A DNA stretch of 64,000 nt from an uncultured cyanobacterium (GTDB lineage: Bacteria; Cyanobacteriota; Cyanobacteriia; Phormidesmidales; Phormidesmidaceae): positions 224,001 to 288,000 of the forward strand of contig CAWBZI010000004.1 in assembly GCA_963793265.1 (NCBI GenBank), given 5' to 3'. Position 1 is the first letter of the stretch; the number at the start of each line of letters is the position of its first letter. Positions 10,368 to 20,792 of this stretch are shown here, in pieces. The notes under the pieces were generated by a model, which saw only the letters and a list, made by a program, of their open reading frames with translations, was not told the DNA's origin and did not search any database. The position numbers and the translations under genes are program-made.

Positions 10368-10495
10368 ATAGTGCCTTGTGCGTGGATCTTTCTACGTAAG
10401 CCTCGTCTTATCCTCACACTACAGCGCGTTCTTTGCGCAAAATTGACAAAGTAGGTCAATTATATCCGCCTTCGTGGGTAGTCTCAGGGCACTAT
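10368..10495. other. Inverted-repeat-bounded structured element (candidate MITE or 5'-leader RNA)
   Basis: Terminal ATAGTGCCTTG / CAGGGCACTAT enclose three internal hairpins and an ACTAC/GTAGT helix. Confidence 0.35.
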
Positions 10496-10515
10496 TTGAA
10501 CGCCTTGCTTGACGT

Positions 10516-12357
10516 ATGCGTCTAACCTTTTGCTTCGCGCCTCTGTTCGCCTTTGTTTGGTTTGCACAGCCTGCACCGGCCTCTGCAATGGCTTCCCCTC
10601 TGGCTTCTCCTTTGGTATCAGCCTCGTCGCCTGTAGCAAAGCCAGATCTACTGCTAGGGGCGAGACTACTGCTGGCTTGCGGTGCCTTGTTTACTGGCGG
10701 TGCGCTGAGCTGGGGCGTGGGCCACTACGTTCGCCAGCAGCGATGGCAGCGAACTGAGTTTTTGCGGCGGGCGGTGAAGGAGTTTGAGCAGGATCCAGAG
10801 ATTCATAATGCGCTGAAGATTCTGGATTTTGAAGAATATCGTGACTATGTGATCCCAGCTCAGCTTAAGCAGGCGCTGAAGGCGACGAGTGTGGCCGATA
10901 AGCGGATGAGCTTTCGGGTGGATGATGAGCTATTGTGTCGGGCGCTGGCCGATCACGATCAGCGCGCTCGGGTGAAGCAAAGGCTGGAATATGACCAGGA
11001 TCATGATGGTATAGATGCCGAACTGCTGCGGCAGTATCAAATTGAAACGGCGCTGCGAGACTGGTTTAATAAGCTGCTAAACGGCCTAGAGCATTTTGGC
11101 TATTTTTTAGAGTCGGGGCTGTTTAATGAAGCAGAGCTGCGGCCCTGGCTGAGCTATTGGATTAAGCTGATTGCCGATCCGGCCTATCGCAGGCCGGGGG
11201 CGTCTAAGTTTTATGACGCGCTCTATAGCTATATTCATCACAGCGGCTTTTTCGGCGTGCAAAAGCTGTTTGAGCGATTTGGCTATCGCATTTTGCCCTC
11301 GCCCTATCGCGATACTGATTTGCTGGCGATCGCCCAGAACACTGCTAGTAAATCTGCTAGCGGCAGCTCAACCTACAGCCCACAGATGGCGCTAACGCTG
11401 GCCAAAGCAGCCTACCTGGCCTATCAAGACAAACAGTTTGTTGCAGAAATTGTCGGACGCTGGGGCACGGCGCTTACCGGGCGCTCTGAGCAGGATATTA
11501 TTCGCCGCGACTTTCGCTACTTCAACAATCGGGGTCGCGACACGCAGGCTTACATGTTTCGGACAGATGCGTTTATGGTGCTGGCTTTTCGCGGTAGTCA
11601 AGAGCCGAAAGACTGGATGACGAATCTAACCATGCAGCTCCGAAACTTTACGATTCAAAAAGACGGGGTGACGACGCTTTCTTCCTATCAAGGGCGGGTG
11701 CATACGGGCTTTTTCTTAGCCTGGGCAATTATTGAAAAGTCGGTGCTGGCGCAGATTCAGCGGTGGCGAGAGGATCTGGCGAATGATGGTCAGCCGATGG
11801 TGCCTTTGTATGTGACAGGGCACAGTTTGGGCGGGGCTTTGGCAACGATGGCTACAGCGGCACTGGTTGAAGGGGGAATTGATGTGGCAGGCGTGTATAC
11901 GTTTGGTCAGCCTCGGGTGGGCGATCGCACCTTCGTCAAGCAGCTTAGAGCTAGCACGCAAGGCAAAATCTTTCGCTTTGTCAACCACAACGACATTGTG
12001 CCTCACGTCCCCCCGCCGTTTTCGGTGTGGAACCCGACCCGGTTTTATAGCCATGTGGGCGCAGCAAGCTACTTCAACGGCAAAGGTGTGCTGACGGCAA
12101 AAGCGAACTACACGCTCGGCGCTCGGCTGACTGATATGGCGCTGGGGTTAGCTCAAGGCATCACAAAACCTGGATTTGATCATATTACCGATCACCGCAT
12201 GGAGTATTACATTAGCCACTTAGAGCGAGCGCTGGATGAGGCGATAGAAGACGAAGCCGCCCACATGCTCGCAGCGCGTGAGGCGAAGCAGGTTGCTAAG
12301 GTGCTGGGTGAAGCAGGGACTAAAAAAAGCGGCGAAAGTCTTCATCTTTTTGGCTGA
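10516..12357 (+). CDS. Membrane-anchored class 3 lipase with N-terminal helical domain
   Basis: LAFRGS, VHTGF, VTGHSLGGALA nucleophile elbow, YTFGQPRVG, NDIVPHVP, DHRMEYY. N-terminal hydrophobic segments. Confidence 0.88.
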   Translation: MRLTFCFAPLFAFVWFAQPAPASAMASPLASPLVSASSPVAKPDLLLGARLLLACGALFTGGALSWGVGHYVRQQRWQRTEFLRRAVKEFEQDPEIHNALKILDFEEYRDYVIPAQLKQALKATSVADKRMSFRVDDELLCRALADHDQRARVKQRLEYDQDHDGIDAELLRQYQIETALRDWFNKLLNGLEHFGYFLESGLFNEAELRPWLSYWIKLIADPAYRRPGASKFYDALYSYIHHSGFFGVQKLFERFGYRILPSPYRDTDLLAIAQNTASKSASGSSTYSPQMALTLAKAAYLAYQDKQFVAEIVGRWGTALTGRSEQDIIRRDFRYFNNRGRDTQAYMFRTDAFMVLAFRGSQEPKDWMTNLTMQLRNFTIQKDGVTTLSSYQGRVHTGFFLAWAIIEKSVLAQIQRWREDLANDGQPMVPLYVTGHSLGGALATMATAALVEGGIDVAGVYTFGQPRVGDRTFVKQLRASTQGKIFRFVNHNDIVPHVPPPFSVWNPTRFYSHVGAASYFNGKGVLTAKANYTLGARLTDMALGLAQGITKPGFDHITDHRMEYYISHLERALDEAIEDEAAHMLAAREAKQVAKVLGEAGTKKSGESLHLFG

Positions 12358-13138
12358 GCTGCGCCCATGTCACGCCGGTTTTTTGAAACCAACTGACGAG
12401 GCGATCACACGCGGGTCTTTCGGTGGCATAGTGTCCGGCATCTATAAGGATGATGCCGCGATCTTGGCTTTCTTGAAACTGATGAAATTTGCAGTCGGCA
12501 GTCAGGTATGCCTGCGCGCCCGTTTGGGCTACGGCGGATAGATAGCTCGCGCCTGAACCGCCTAAGACAGCGACACGCTGGATAGTTTGCTGAAAATCTG
12601 CGGTGGGCGAGTGTAGCAGGCGCTCGGGGGTGAGAGCTGCTTGAATGTTTTCTAAGAGCTGCTGAAGTGACTGAGGGGTCGGTAAGCTGCCAACGCGCCC
12701 GTAGCCTCTAGCAGGTGCGCTTTGGGTTTTGGGTGCCTTGATTTCTACGGGCTCGGTATCTTCTAAATTCAGCAGTTGGGCGAGCACGTCGGCGGTGCCG
12801 TTTTGAACCTGATCAAAGTTGGTATGGGCGCTGTAGATACCGATATTGTGGGCGATCGCCGCTCTGACCATATCGCCTACGCTATCACCCGCTTGAACTG
12901 AAGAGAGCTTGCCAAAAATGAGCGGATGATGGGCAAAAATCAGGTTAATCGGTGCGCCTTTCTTTTTGAGGTCAATAGCTTCTTGCATGACCGCGAGGGT
13001 CGGTGTTAGGCATACCAGTACGCCTGCGGGCTCATTGAGTATGCCGGGTTCTACCTGCCAGCCGCAGTTGTCCCAGTTTTCTTGCCAGGTGGGGTTGGCC
13101 CAGCGCTCGAAGTGGGCGATCGCATCCAAAACTTTCAT
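12320..13138 (-). CDS. Nif3-like dinuclear metal center hexameric protein
   Basis: WDNCGWQV, AHHPLIF, SAHTNFD, GGSGA, DAGHYATE. Confidence 0.93.
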   Translation of the reverse strand: MKVLDAIAHFERWANPTWQENWDNCGWQVEPGILNEPAGVLVCLTPTLAVMQEAIDLKKKGAPINLIFAHHPLIFGKLSSVQAGDSVGDMVRAAIAHNIGIYSAHTNFDQVQNGTADVLAQLLNLEDTEPVEIKAPKTQSAPARGYGRVGSLPTPQSLQQLLENIQAALTPERLLHSPTADFQQTIQRVAVLGGSGASYLSAVAQTGAQAYLTADCKFHQFQESQDRGIILIDAGHYATERPACDRLVSWFQKTGVTWAQLSQKDEDFRRFF

Positions 13139-13175
13139 CAGGGCAATAGCTAACGTTTGTTCTACACCTTAAATT

Positions 13176-15744
13176 CTACGACGCCAAATTCTCAGGCAAA
13201 TTCTCAGACAGCAAATTCATCCCTTCAATCAGCGGCACAGGCTTAGCGATGCCATAGCCTTGAGCATAGCTGATACCGAGTGCTTTTATCGTTTGCAGCG
13301 TTGCCTCATCTTCTACAAATTCAGCCACTGTTTGAATATCCATTACCTGCGCAATCTGATGAATTGCGGTCACCATAGCAATATCGATTTTGTTGCCAAC
13401 GATATTGCGAATAAAGCGACCGTCAATCTTAAGGTAATCAACGGGCAGCGTTTTTAAATAGGCAAAAGAAGACATGCCGCTGCCAAAGTCATCCAGCGCA
13501 AACTTGCAGCCTAAGTCTCTTAGCTCCGCAATGAACAAAGCAGCCTTTGTCAGGTTCTCTATCGTGGCCGTTTCGGTAATTTCAAAACAGATTAGATCTG
13601 GGCGGAATGCGATATTTTGAAAACTGTTCTTTTAAAAAGTAAATAAAACTGTCATCGCTGATACTGGCTCCAGAAAGATTAATAGAGTACAGATGAGAGC
13701 CTGTGATGGTCTGTTCTGCTGTCTGCTTTGTCGCTGGCGACTGTGAAGCGGCCCACACCTGCTGATAGTAGCTAGCCTGCACCTTAAACAGTGTGCTGAC
13801 AACCCATCGATCAATTAAGGGCATCAGGTCGTAGCGCTCGGCGGCAGGCATAAAGGCATCGGGTGAAACCAGCTGTCCGGTTTGATCACACAGTCTGAGG
13901 AGCACTTCGTAATGCTCGCTAGAGGGACAGTTTGGGTCTAGCGATAGGATTTGCTGCTGATAGAGACTAAATTTTCCAGTCTCTAACGCTTCGGTGATGT
14001 AGGCTGCCCACTGAATTTCGCTGCGTTGCTGGGCTAGTTCGAGGTCGTTGTGCTGATGAATGTAGGTACGATTGCGGCCTTTGCGCTTGGCAATATGGCA
14101 GGCTCCATCAGCATCGCTAAGGGCATCTTCGACGCTTTGCGTTTTGGCTGTAATCGCCGTGACGCCAATGCTTGCGCCTACTGAGAATGTTCTACTCTGA
14201 CAGGTAAATCTTAAGTCTTTCAGCTTTTCTCTAAGCTTACTGACAATGCGCTGCGCGTGATCGAGCTGACAGTACTCTAATAGCAGCCCAAATTCATCGC
14301 CGCCGAGCCTGGCTAGAGTATCGGTGGCTCGAATGTGACCCGTAAAGAGTGCGCTTACCTGCTTTAGCAGCTTGTCACCTGAAGCGTGCCCGCAGGTGTC
14401 GTTGATGATCTTAAAGTTGTCTAAATCGATGTAGCAGAGGGCGTGCATTCTCTGATGCGAACTGGCATTATCTACGGCCTGGCTCAGCCGCCTTTCAAAC
14501 TCTCTGCGGTTAATCAGGCCAGTCAGTTCGTCATGGCTGGCCTGCCAGGAGATTTGCCGGGTGAGTAGCCGGGTTTTGGACACGTCGTTAAACACCATAA
14601 CAACACCGATGATCTGACCGTCTCCTGTCTTGAGCGGAGCGGCAGAGTTCTCAATCGGTAGCTCTACGCCATTGCGCGTAATTAAGATGTTGTAGTTAAC
14701 TAAGTCAATTGCCTGTTGTTTTATAAGAACCTGCGTAATTGGATTTGCGGTAGGCTTGCGCGTAATTTCGTGGATGGTCTTAAACACGGCTGATACGGGG
14801 TGGCTAGCCGCTTCCGATTGAGTCCATCCGGTCAGCGTTTCTGCAACTGGATTGAGATGGCGAATGCGCCCGAGTTCATCGGTGGTGATTACCGCATCTC
14901 CGATGGAGTTTAGAGTGACTTGCGCCAGCTCTCTTTCAATGGCAAGTTTTTCTTTGAATTTGCCTTGTTTGAAGAGCATGTCCAGTGGAATTGCAATGGC
15001 ATTGATGTACTCAATCAGCGTTGGGTCTTGTGCGATCACCTCGCCACTGAAAAATACCAACACTGCTAGCGTACGACTATTAGCGACCAGCGGCAGGCTA
15101 ACGGATGCGCGAAGGTTAGGACAGGTAGCAGAATCAAGAACATGGTGATGCCATTCTGCTCGTTGAGATTTCCAGACACGCTTGACAATACTCGTTTTTT
15201 TACCGTTGCTTCCTCTGCTTGTCGCTATAGGACTGATGCCTAAAGAACAAGTGCAGCTTTCATCAGAATGTCTGAATCGAATAGGATAGGGGGCGCTGAT
15301 CTGGGGGGCAGTTTCAATCTTGGACGGATTGGAGTCTTGGCGCGGCGAGTCCTCTATGCGTCTAGTGGGTGCTTTGTTAGTGTCTAATACAGATTTTTCA
15401 GATACTTTGAATGCTAGTGGAGGTGTTGCTTCAGCGGCTAGGTTAGGGGGGGTGGCTAATTTATTTGCATGACCCGGCAGGCTATGTGTTTCAGGATTGA
15501 ACTGCCAAGCTTCTCCGCAGTGCCAGTTGTAATGACGACAGATAATCTGAGCGATCGCTTCTAGCGCGCCCTCAATATCCTGCGCTTGGCCTACGCCAAA
15601 AAGTAGTGATTTGAGCAGAGTGTCGGGTGTCTCTTCTGGTGCCTTGCTCAGCCGATATCTTGTCTCATAATTGCTCGCGTTTACAGGGTTGTTATTCGAT
15701 GCCATGGATTTAAAGAGACTCCATTCCTTGCTAGCCGTGCTCAA
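13176..15744 (-). pseudogene. GAF-PAS-GGDEF-EAL c-di-GMP enzyme split by a +1 frameshift (pseudogene or sequencing error)
   Basis: ORF 13582-15744 has PAS (SIGDAVITTD), RLGGDEF and EVLLR; ORF 13176-13538 has DDFGSG and AEFVE. Removing one G from GGG at 13600-13602 restores IPPDLICFEITETA. Confidence 0.85.
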
Positions 15745-15952
15745 GCTGCGTTCTTCAACGTCGCCTGAACATGAAAATGAAAAAACGAAACGCTTACAGT
15801 AGCTATAAAGACTTTTATAGAAGTTTTCCTGATTGGGAAATTTTCATAGAATTTGACACATAATGGTCACTCATATCAAGTACTGAAGTTCTTTGGTATC
15901 AATATTTCCGTAGTCTTACTGATATATCTTGGGGCTAAAAATTGAAAGTCAC

Positions 15953-15993
15953 AAAAAAGAGATATTTGGCAGTTGATCTGCTAAATATCTCTT
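15953..15993 (-). terminator. Rho-independent terminator of the 16052-16993 gene
   Basis: AAGAGATATTTGGCAG-ttgat-CTGCTAAATATCTCTT stem with an A-run on + (U-tract on -). Confidence 0.7.
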
Positions 15994-16051
15994 AAGTAAT
16001 TATTAAGTTTGAGGCATTCAACAGCTATGTGCTAATACTCCCAGCGCACAG

Positions 16052-16993
16052 CTATCTGATCAGTGCGCTGGTTGGCGTAACTCCAGAAAGCGTCAGTGTG
16101 TAGTCAAATCGACCACCGCCGTTGTCCTGCCAGCCGGTTAGGCGACCCTCTCGGTTGAGAATGGGATCGTTGTTGTAAGTGGTGACTACCGCGAAGTAAA
16201 GGTCTGTTTGAGGAATGAGTGTGTCTTCAATACGAGACTGAGGGCCGTTGCTATCGTCGGCTGAGGCGACTAGGTTGCCATGACGATCGAATATGAAAAG
16301 CTGGGAGTCGTCGCTGGTGTACAGGCTACCGGTCATAACGCGGGTGACTTCAAGATTGGCTTCTAGGCGATCGCCTCTTCCGGCAACAAATCCGTACACC
16401 CGATGACCAGGGCCAACGTGCCCTGATACAACGTTAAGCCCTTGACTAAGATCTACCGGGGCAGCAGGCGTTAGCCCTAGCGGCTCGCCCATGGCTACTG
16501 GCAGGGCAAAGGGAACCGATTCGGTGGTGACTTCGGCGGTGGCGTATTGGTTGTTAGTCGCCTCAGCGACGGCCCCTTCCCAGCCGATGGGCTGGCCGGT
16601 TTGGACGGTGGGCGGCAGGGTGGATGTGAGGAAGTAGGGGTCGGTGCGATCGCACGCTTCGGCGGCAGCGACGATAATGTTTTCGCTGCGGTAGCGCTCT
16701 AGCTGTCGGCGCAGACTCAACAGCGAGCTGCGCTGCGTGGCGGTGGTTCCGTCTTGGGCCACGAGTGTCCCGGTAATACCGATGGCCTTTGCCCAATCGT
16801 TGGCGCAAATCGCCTGATCAAGGTCAAATCTTGTTGTTCTTTGGGCATGAGCTGGCAGCACGTTTGCTGCTAGCATAGCTGAGAGCCCGCCGAGGGCAGC
16901 TAGCATCGTAGCTAGTCTGTGACGCGCTCTAGAATGATGTTTTTGAATGTGTTTTTGATGGCATCTGCGATCGTGAGATCTCGCTGGGCTCAT
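16052..16993 (-). CDS. Secreted protein with C-terminal PPC/DVUA0089-like domain
   Basis: Signal peptide ending AHA; DDSQLFIFDRHGNLVASADDS...LYFAVVTTYNNDP...YTLTLSG. Confidence 0.7.
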   Translation of the reverse strand: MSPARSHDRRCHQKHIQKHHSRARHRLATMLAALGGLSAMLAANVLPAHAQRTTRFDLDQAICANDWAKAIGITGTLVAQDGTTATQRSSLLSLRRQLERYRSENIIVAAAEACDRTDPYFLTSTLPPTVQTGQPIGWEGAVAEATNNQYATAEVTTESVPFALPVAMGEPLGLTPAAPVDLSQGLNVVSGHVGPGHRVYGFVAGRGDRLEANLEVTRVMTGSLYTSDDSQLFIFDRHGNLVASADDSNGPQSRIEDTLIPQTDLYFAVVTTYNNDPILNREGRLTGWQDNGGGRFDYTLTLSGVTPTSALIR

Positions 16994-17208
16994 TGTTTTC
17001 TCCTCTAAGGTCAGTTTTAGTGGTCAGTTCAATAGATGTTTGTATAAAAAAGATTTATACAATTTTGGCTGGTTTGTCTCAACTCAGCGCTAGCAGAGGG
17101 CAGTAGCCGGGCATCTTAGGTCTGCTGATGGTATAAGACAACAACCGAAAATAACGGTTTCAGTATGCCCCGGTCACTCTATGCAAGCAACCGCAGGCCA
17201 TCTTAAGA

Positions 17209-18870
17209 ATGGAAGAAAAATTAAAACTGCTTGTCGTCGATGACGAGCCCGATAATCTAGATTTGCTGTATCGTACTTTTCGCCGAGACTTCAACGTTTT
17301 TAAGGCAAAAAGCGGTGCAGAAGCTCTCGATTTGCTCTTTGAACAAGGCGAGATGGCCATCATCATTTCTGATCAGCGAATGCCCCAGATGAACGGTACG
17401 GAGTTTTTGAGCCGTACCGTTGAGCGTTTCCCTGACACGATTCGGATGGTGCTTACGGGCTATACCGATGTGGAAGATTTGGTGTCGGCGATTAACTCAG
17501 GGAAAGTGTTTAAGTACATTACGAAACCCTGGAACCCGGCCAAGCTAAAAGAAGTGATTGCTCAGGCCGCAGAAACGTACCGGGTGATCAAACAGCGCAC
17601 AAAAGTTCTGAGTAGGGCGCTGGCTCAAGAGTCTTTGAGCAACAGCATTATGACGGCAGTTAGAGGCTCTCTTGACTATGGCAGCACGCTGCAAACGGTT
17701 GTGAGTGCTCTGGGCAAGGCTTTTGATACTGATGCGGCTATTTTGTATCCGGTAGAAACGCTCTCGGGTAAGGGTTCTTTGCAACCACCGTTGACCTATT
17801 GGGCTGAGTCAAAGCCGCCTTTATGTAACGACGTAGAGGACTTGCCGCCGACGCATTCTAGCTTAGAGATTCTCTCTGAACCGGTAATAGTTAACAATAA
17901 ACCCGTCACTAGAATTGTTGTTCCTTTTTTAGAGAAAGGTTCGCCAATCGCCACTATCTGCTTGTATAAATCGACTGAACAAAAACAGTGGGCCGACAGT
18001 GCAACAGAGCTGCTCAAAAATGTCTCTGAGCAGGTGGCTTTAGCGATTTCTCACGCTAAGCTTTATCAGCGGATGCATCAACAGTCTGTGCAGATGCGAG
18101 CGGAGCTAGATGTAGCCAGGCAGATTCAGGGTAATTTGCTGCACCAGAGCTGGCCTGAGATTCCAAGGATAAAAATTCAGGCGCGCTGTGAGCCTGCTCG
18201 GGAGGTCGGCGGTGATTTTTTTGAGGTGTTTATGCATCCTCATGGCGATATTTGGCTGGCGGTCGGTGATGTGTCGGGTAAAGGCGTTCCGGCAGCGCTG
18301 TTTATGGCTAGCTCTATTTCTGTGCTACGGCGAGAACTGGCTCAGGAGAAGTCGCCCGCCCCAGAGATGGTGATGCGCAATTTGAATAGCATTTTGTGCA
18401 ATGACCTGATGAGCAACAACTGTTTTATTACGATGGCGCTCATTCGCTATAGCCCTAATACTGGAAAGCTGGTGTATGCGAATGCGGGTCATGTGTATCC
18501 GATTGTGTGGTCGCATCGGTCGGTGGTAGCCTCTCGGGGGCAGCGTGATTTGCCTGCGGTGGTGCCAACTTACTTGGATGTGAGGGGTGTGCCGGTTGGA
18601 ATTTTGCCGGTTTGGCAGGCGGCGGCGGGTGAAACGAAGCTGGCTGCTGGCGATGTGGTGCTTTTGACTAGCGATGGCATTACGGAGGCGACGGTGCCGA
18701 GCCATCGGGGCGGTAATGGTAGCTGCTCCATGCTAAATCAAGAGGGCCTTTGGGCCTTTTTACAGAAGCAGCCTGCGGATCTGAACCTGGATGATTTGCT
18801 GGCCTACATTGATGTGGGCGAGGGCGAGCAGGAAGATGACCAAACCATTTTGTTACTGGAGGTGAGCTGA
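17209..18870 (+). CDS. Response regulator receiver-GAF-PP2C (SpoIIE/RsbU-like) phosphatase
   Basis: LLVVDDEPD and IISDQRMPQMNG receiver; VGGDFF, GDVSGKGVPAAL, NAGH, SDGITEA and EDDQT PP2C motifs. Confidence 0.92.
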   Translation: MEEKLKLLVVDDEPDNLDLLYRTFRRDFNVFKAKSGAEALDLLFEQGEMAIIISDQRMPQMNGTEFLSRTVERFPDTIRMVLTGYTDVEDLVSAINSGKVFKYITKPWNPAKLKEVIAQAAETYRVIKQRTKVLSRALAQESLSNSIMTAVRGSLDYGSTLQTVVSALGKAFDTDAAILYPVETLSGKGSLQPPLTYWAESKPPLCNDVEDLPPTHSSLEILSEPVIVNNKPVTRIVVPFLEKGSPIATICLYKSTEQKQWADSATELLKNVSEQVALAISHAKLYQRMHQQSVQMRAELDVARQIQGNLLHQSWPEIPRIKIQARCEPAREVGGDFFEVFMHPHGDIWLAVGDVSGKGVPAALFMASSISVLRRELAQEKSPAPEMVMRNLNSILCNDLMSNNCFITMALIRYSPNTGKLVYANAGHVYPIVWSHRSVVASRGQRDLPAVVPTYLDVRGVPVGILPVWQAAAGETKLAAGDVVLLTSDGITEATVPSHRGGNGSCSMLNQEGLWAFLQKQPADLNLDDLLAYIDVGEGEQEDDQTILLLEVS

Positions 18871-19298
18871 TGCTAAAAACTGAGTTAATTGTGCCAAGCG
18901 ATCTGAAATTTTTAGCGGTGGTGGAGCACTGGTTGTTGGAGTCTTTGCAGTTAGAAATAGATCAGGATATCAATTGGAGTGACGTGGAGAAGCGGCTGCG
19001 GCTGGTGGTGGTTGAGGTGTATTCTAATATTGTGCGCCATGCTCACAATGAAAAGCCTGAGCTGCCCGTGCTGATTCGGATTGAGCTAGATGACAACAAT
19101 CTCTCTTTGGAGGTGTGGGATCAAGGCGTGGGATTTAAGCTGGATGACTATGCTGCGCCTGCGCCGGGTGACTTCCAAGAAGGCGGCTATGGCTGGCTGA
19201 TTTTGCACCGGATTATGGATCGGGTGGAGTATCAGCTTCGGGTGGGGGGCGATCGCAACTGCTTAAAGCTAGAGAAAAATCTGGCGATCGCGGCTTAG
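18870..19298 (+). CDS. Anti-sigma factor / Ser kinase (RsbW-like HATPase_c)
   Basis: EVYSNIVRHAH N-box, WDQGVGF, EGGYGWLI. TGATG overlap with the phosphatase gene. Confidence 0.88.
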   Translation: MLKTELIVPSDLKFLAVVEHWLLESLQLEIDQDINWSDVEKRLRLVVVEVYSNIVRHAHNEKPELPVLIRIELDDNNLSLEVWDQGVGFKLDDYAAPAPGDFQEGGYGWLILHRIMDRVEYQLRVGGDRNCLKLEKNLAIAA

Positions 19299-19319
19299 TT
19301 TGGCTATTTAGATAGTTGC

Positions 19320-20027
19320 TCAAAAAGATCTGACGAGCTGCGCGTTGCCGTATTGAGCGATCGCCCCTGCGCCTGTCTGATAGGCCCATAGCTGATCGCC
19401 AGTTGAAAAGTGCCACCATTCGTTTGGATGCTGCTGAAAGCCAGCGGTGTTCATGGCTTTCGCTAAAACGCTACGGTGGTGATGATATTGCTGCGCCTGG
19501 GATTCTGAACTATCGGCGAAATGATCGGGGTAGGAGCGCGGTGATATTTCGTCGATAGCCGATCCCATATTGACGGCGATGCCTTGCTCGTTGACGAGGG
19601 TCAGATCGACGGCGGCTCCTGTGCTGTGGGGCGGTGGGGTGTTTGGGTTTGCGCTAGGAACGGCCCAGAATTCTGTAACTTTGGTGGTGAGGTGCGATCG
19701 CTGCTCTTTGCTTAAGTTTTCTGCATTGAGTCCTGCTTTTTCAGCAAGCTGATTAAAGGTGTAGTCCACCATGAATTGTTGCACGGGGATCGGGCGATAG
19801 GCATCAAAAATTTGTAGCTGCCAGCCTGGGTGATTAGTTTGTAGATGAGACTGTGCGCGTAACAACTTTTGGAGTACGCCCTGACGAAGGAAGTAAGGTG
19901 AAAAGTCACCATAGGGTGCGCCCAGCGTCGCGTAGGGATGTGGGGTAACAACGGCGAAGTTCTCTAAAGGAATAGAGACGAGGGCTTCGCCGCATTCTTT
20001 GATTGGAATTTTTTGGTAGGGTTTCAC
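19320..20027 (-). CDS. D-alanyl-D-alanine dipeptidase (M15D, VanX/DdpX family)
   Basis: IFDAYRP, PPHSTGAAVDLTL, NEWWHFS. Confidence 0.92.
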   Translation of the reverse strand: MKPYQKIPIKECGEALVSIPLENFAVVTPHPYATLGAPYGDFSPYFLRQGVLQKLLRAQSHLQTNHPGWQLQIFDAYRPIPVQQFMVDYTFNQLAEKAGLNAENLSKEQRSHLTTKVTEFWAVPSANPNTPPPHSTGAAVDLTLVNEQGIAVNMGSAIDEISPRSYPDHFADSSESQAQQYHHHRSVLAKAMNTAGFQQHPNEWWHFSTGDQLWAYQTGAGAIAQYGNAQLVRSF

Positions 20028-20055
20028 AGAAAAGGATTTTTGAGTTACGGCTGCG

Positions 20056-20700
20056 TTAGGCCGCTACGAGCTGGGAGACTTGTTGAACGTATTCGACAAA
20101 GTTACTCAAAATTTGCAGACCAGCGGTGGACGATTTTTCGGGGTGGAACTGCATGGCCATGAGGTTCCCTTTGGCTACAGCAGCGGTGACGGTTTGGCTA
20201 CCGTGGGTGATCGTGGCTGCGTTAAGGGCCAAATCAACTGGAGCTGCATAAAAAGAGTGCACGAAGTACACCCAGGCTTCAGTCGGAATGTCTTTGAAAA
20301 GCGGGCAGTTGGGCTGGGTGATCTGAAGCTGGTTCCAGCCCATGTGAGGAATGGTGATGCCGGGCTCGGGGCGGAACTGACGAATCATGCCAGGGAAGAT
20401 GCCTAAGCCTGCTTCGTTACCTTCTTCGCTGCCTTCAAACAGCACGTGCAGGCCCAAGCAAATGCCTAAGAAGGGTTTGCCACTGAGGGCGATGCGACGG
20501 ATGGGCTCGATTAGGTGGCGCGATCGCAAGTGCTGCATAGCAGGATCAAACGCGCCTACGCCAGGCAAAACCACGCCGTCTGCTTGTTCAATGTCGGCAA
20601 CAGAATCGGTGACAAGGGTGGTTGCCCCTGCAAACTCTAAGCCTTTACAAGCCGAGTGCAAGTTGCCCATGTCGTAGTCAATGACGGCGATTGTAGTCAC
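20056..20700 (-). CDS. hisH: Imidazole glycerol phosphate synthase glutaminase subunit
   Basis: DYDMGNLHS, LPGVGAF, GICLG, PHMGWN, YFVHSF, QFHPEKS. GTG start. Confidence 0.97.
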   Translation of the reverse strand: MTTIAVIDYDMGNLHSACKGLEFAGATTLVTDSVADIEQADGVVLPGVGAFDPAMQHLRSRHLIEPIRRIALSGKPFLGICLGLHVLFEGSEEGNEAGLGIFPGMIRQFRPEPGITIPHMGWNQLQITQPNCPLFKDIPTEAWVYFVHSFYAAPVDLALNAATITHGSQTVTAAVAKGNLMAMQFHPEKSSTAGLQILSNFVEYVQQVSQLVAA

Positions 20701-20792
20701 AGCAGTATCTAGCCTTTAGCTAGCCTTTGGGAATGGTTAGGATGATAGTGGAGCCGGTACTATCAAACCAGATTATATATGCAATTCTCGAT

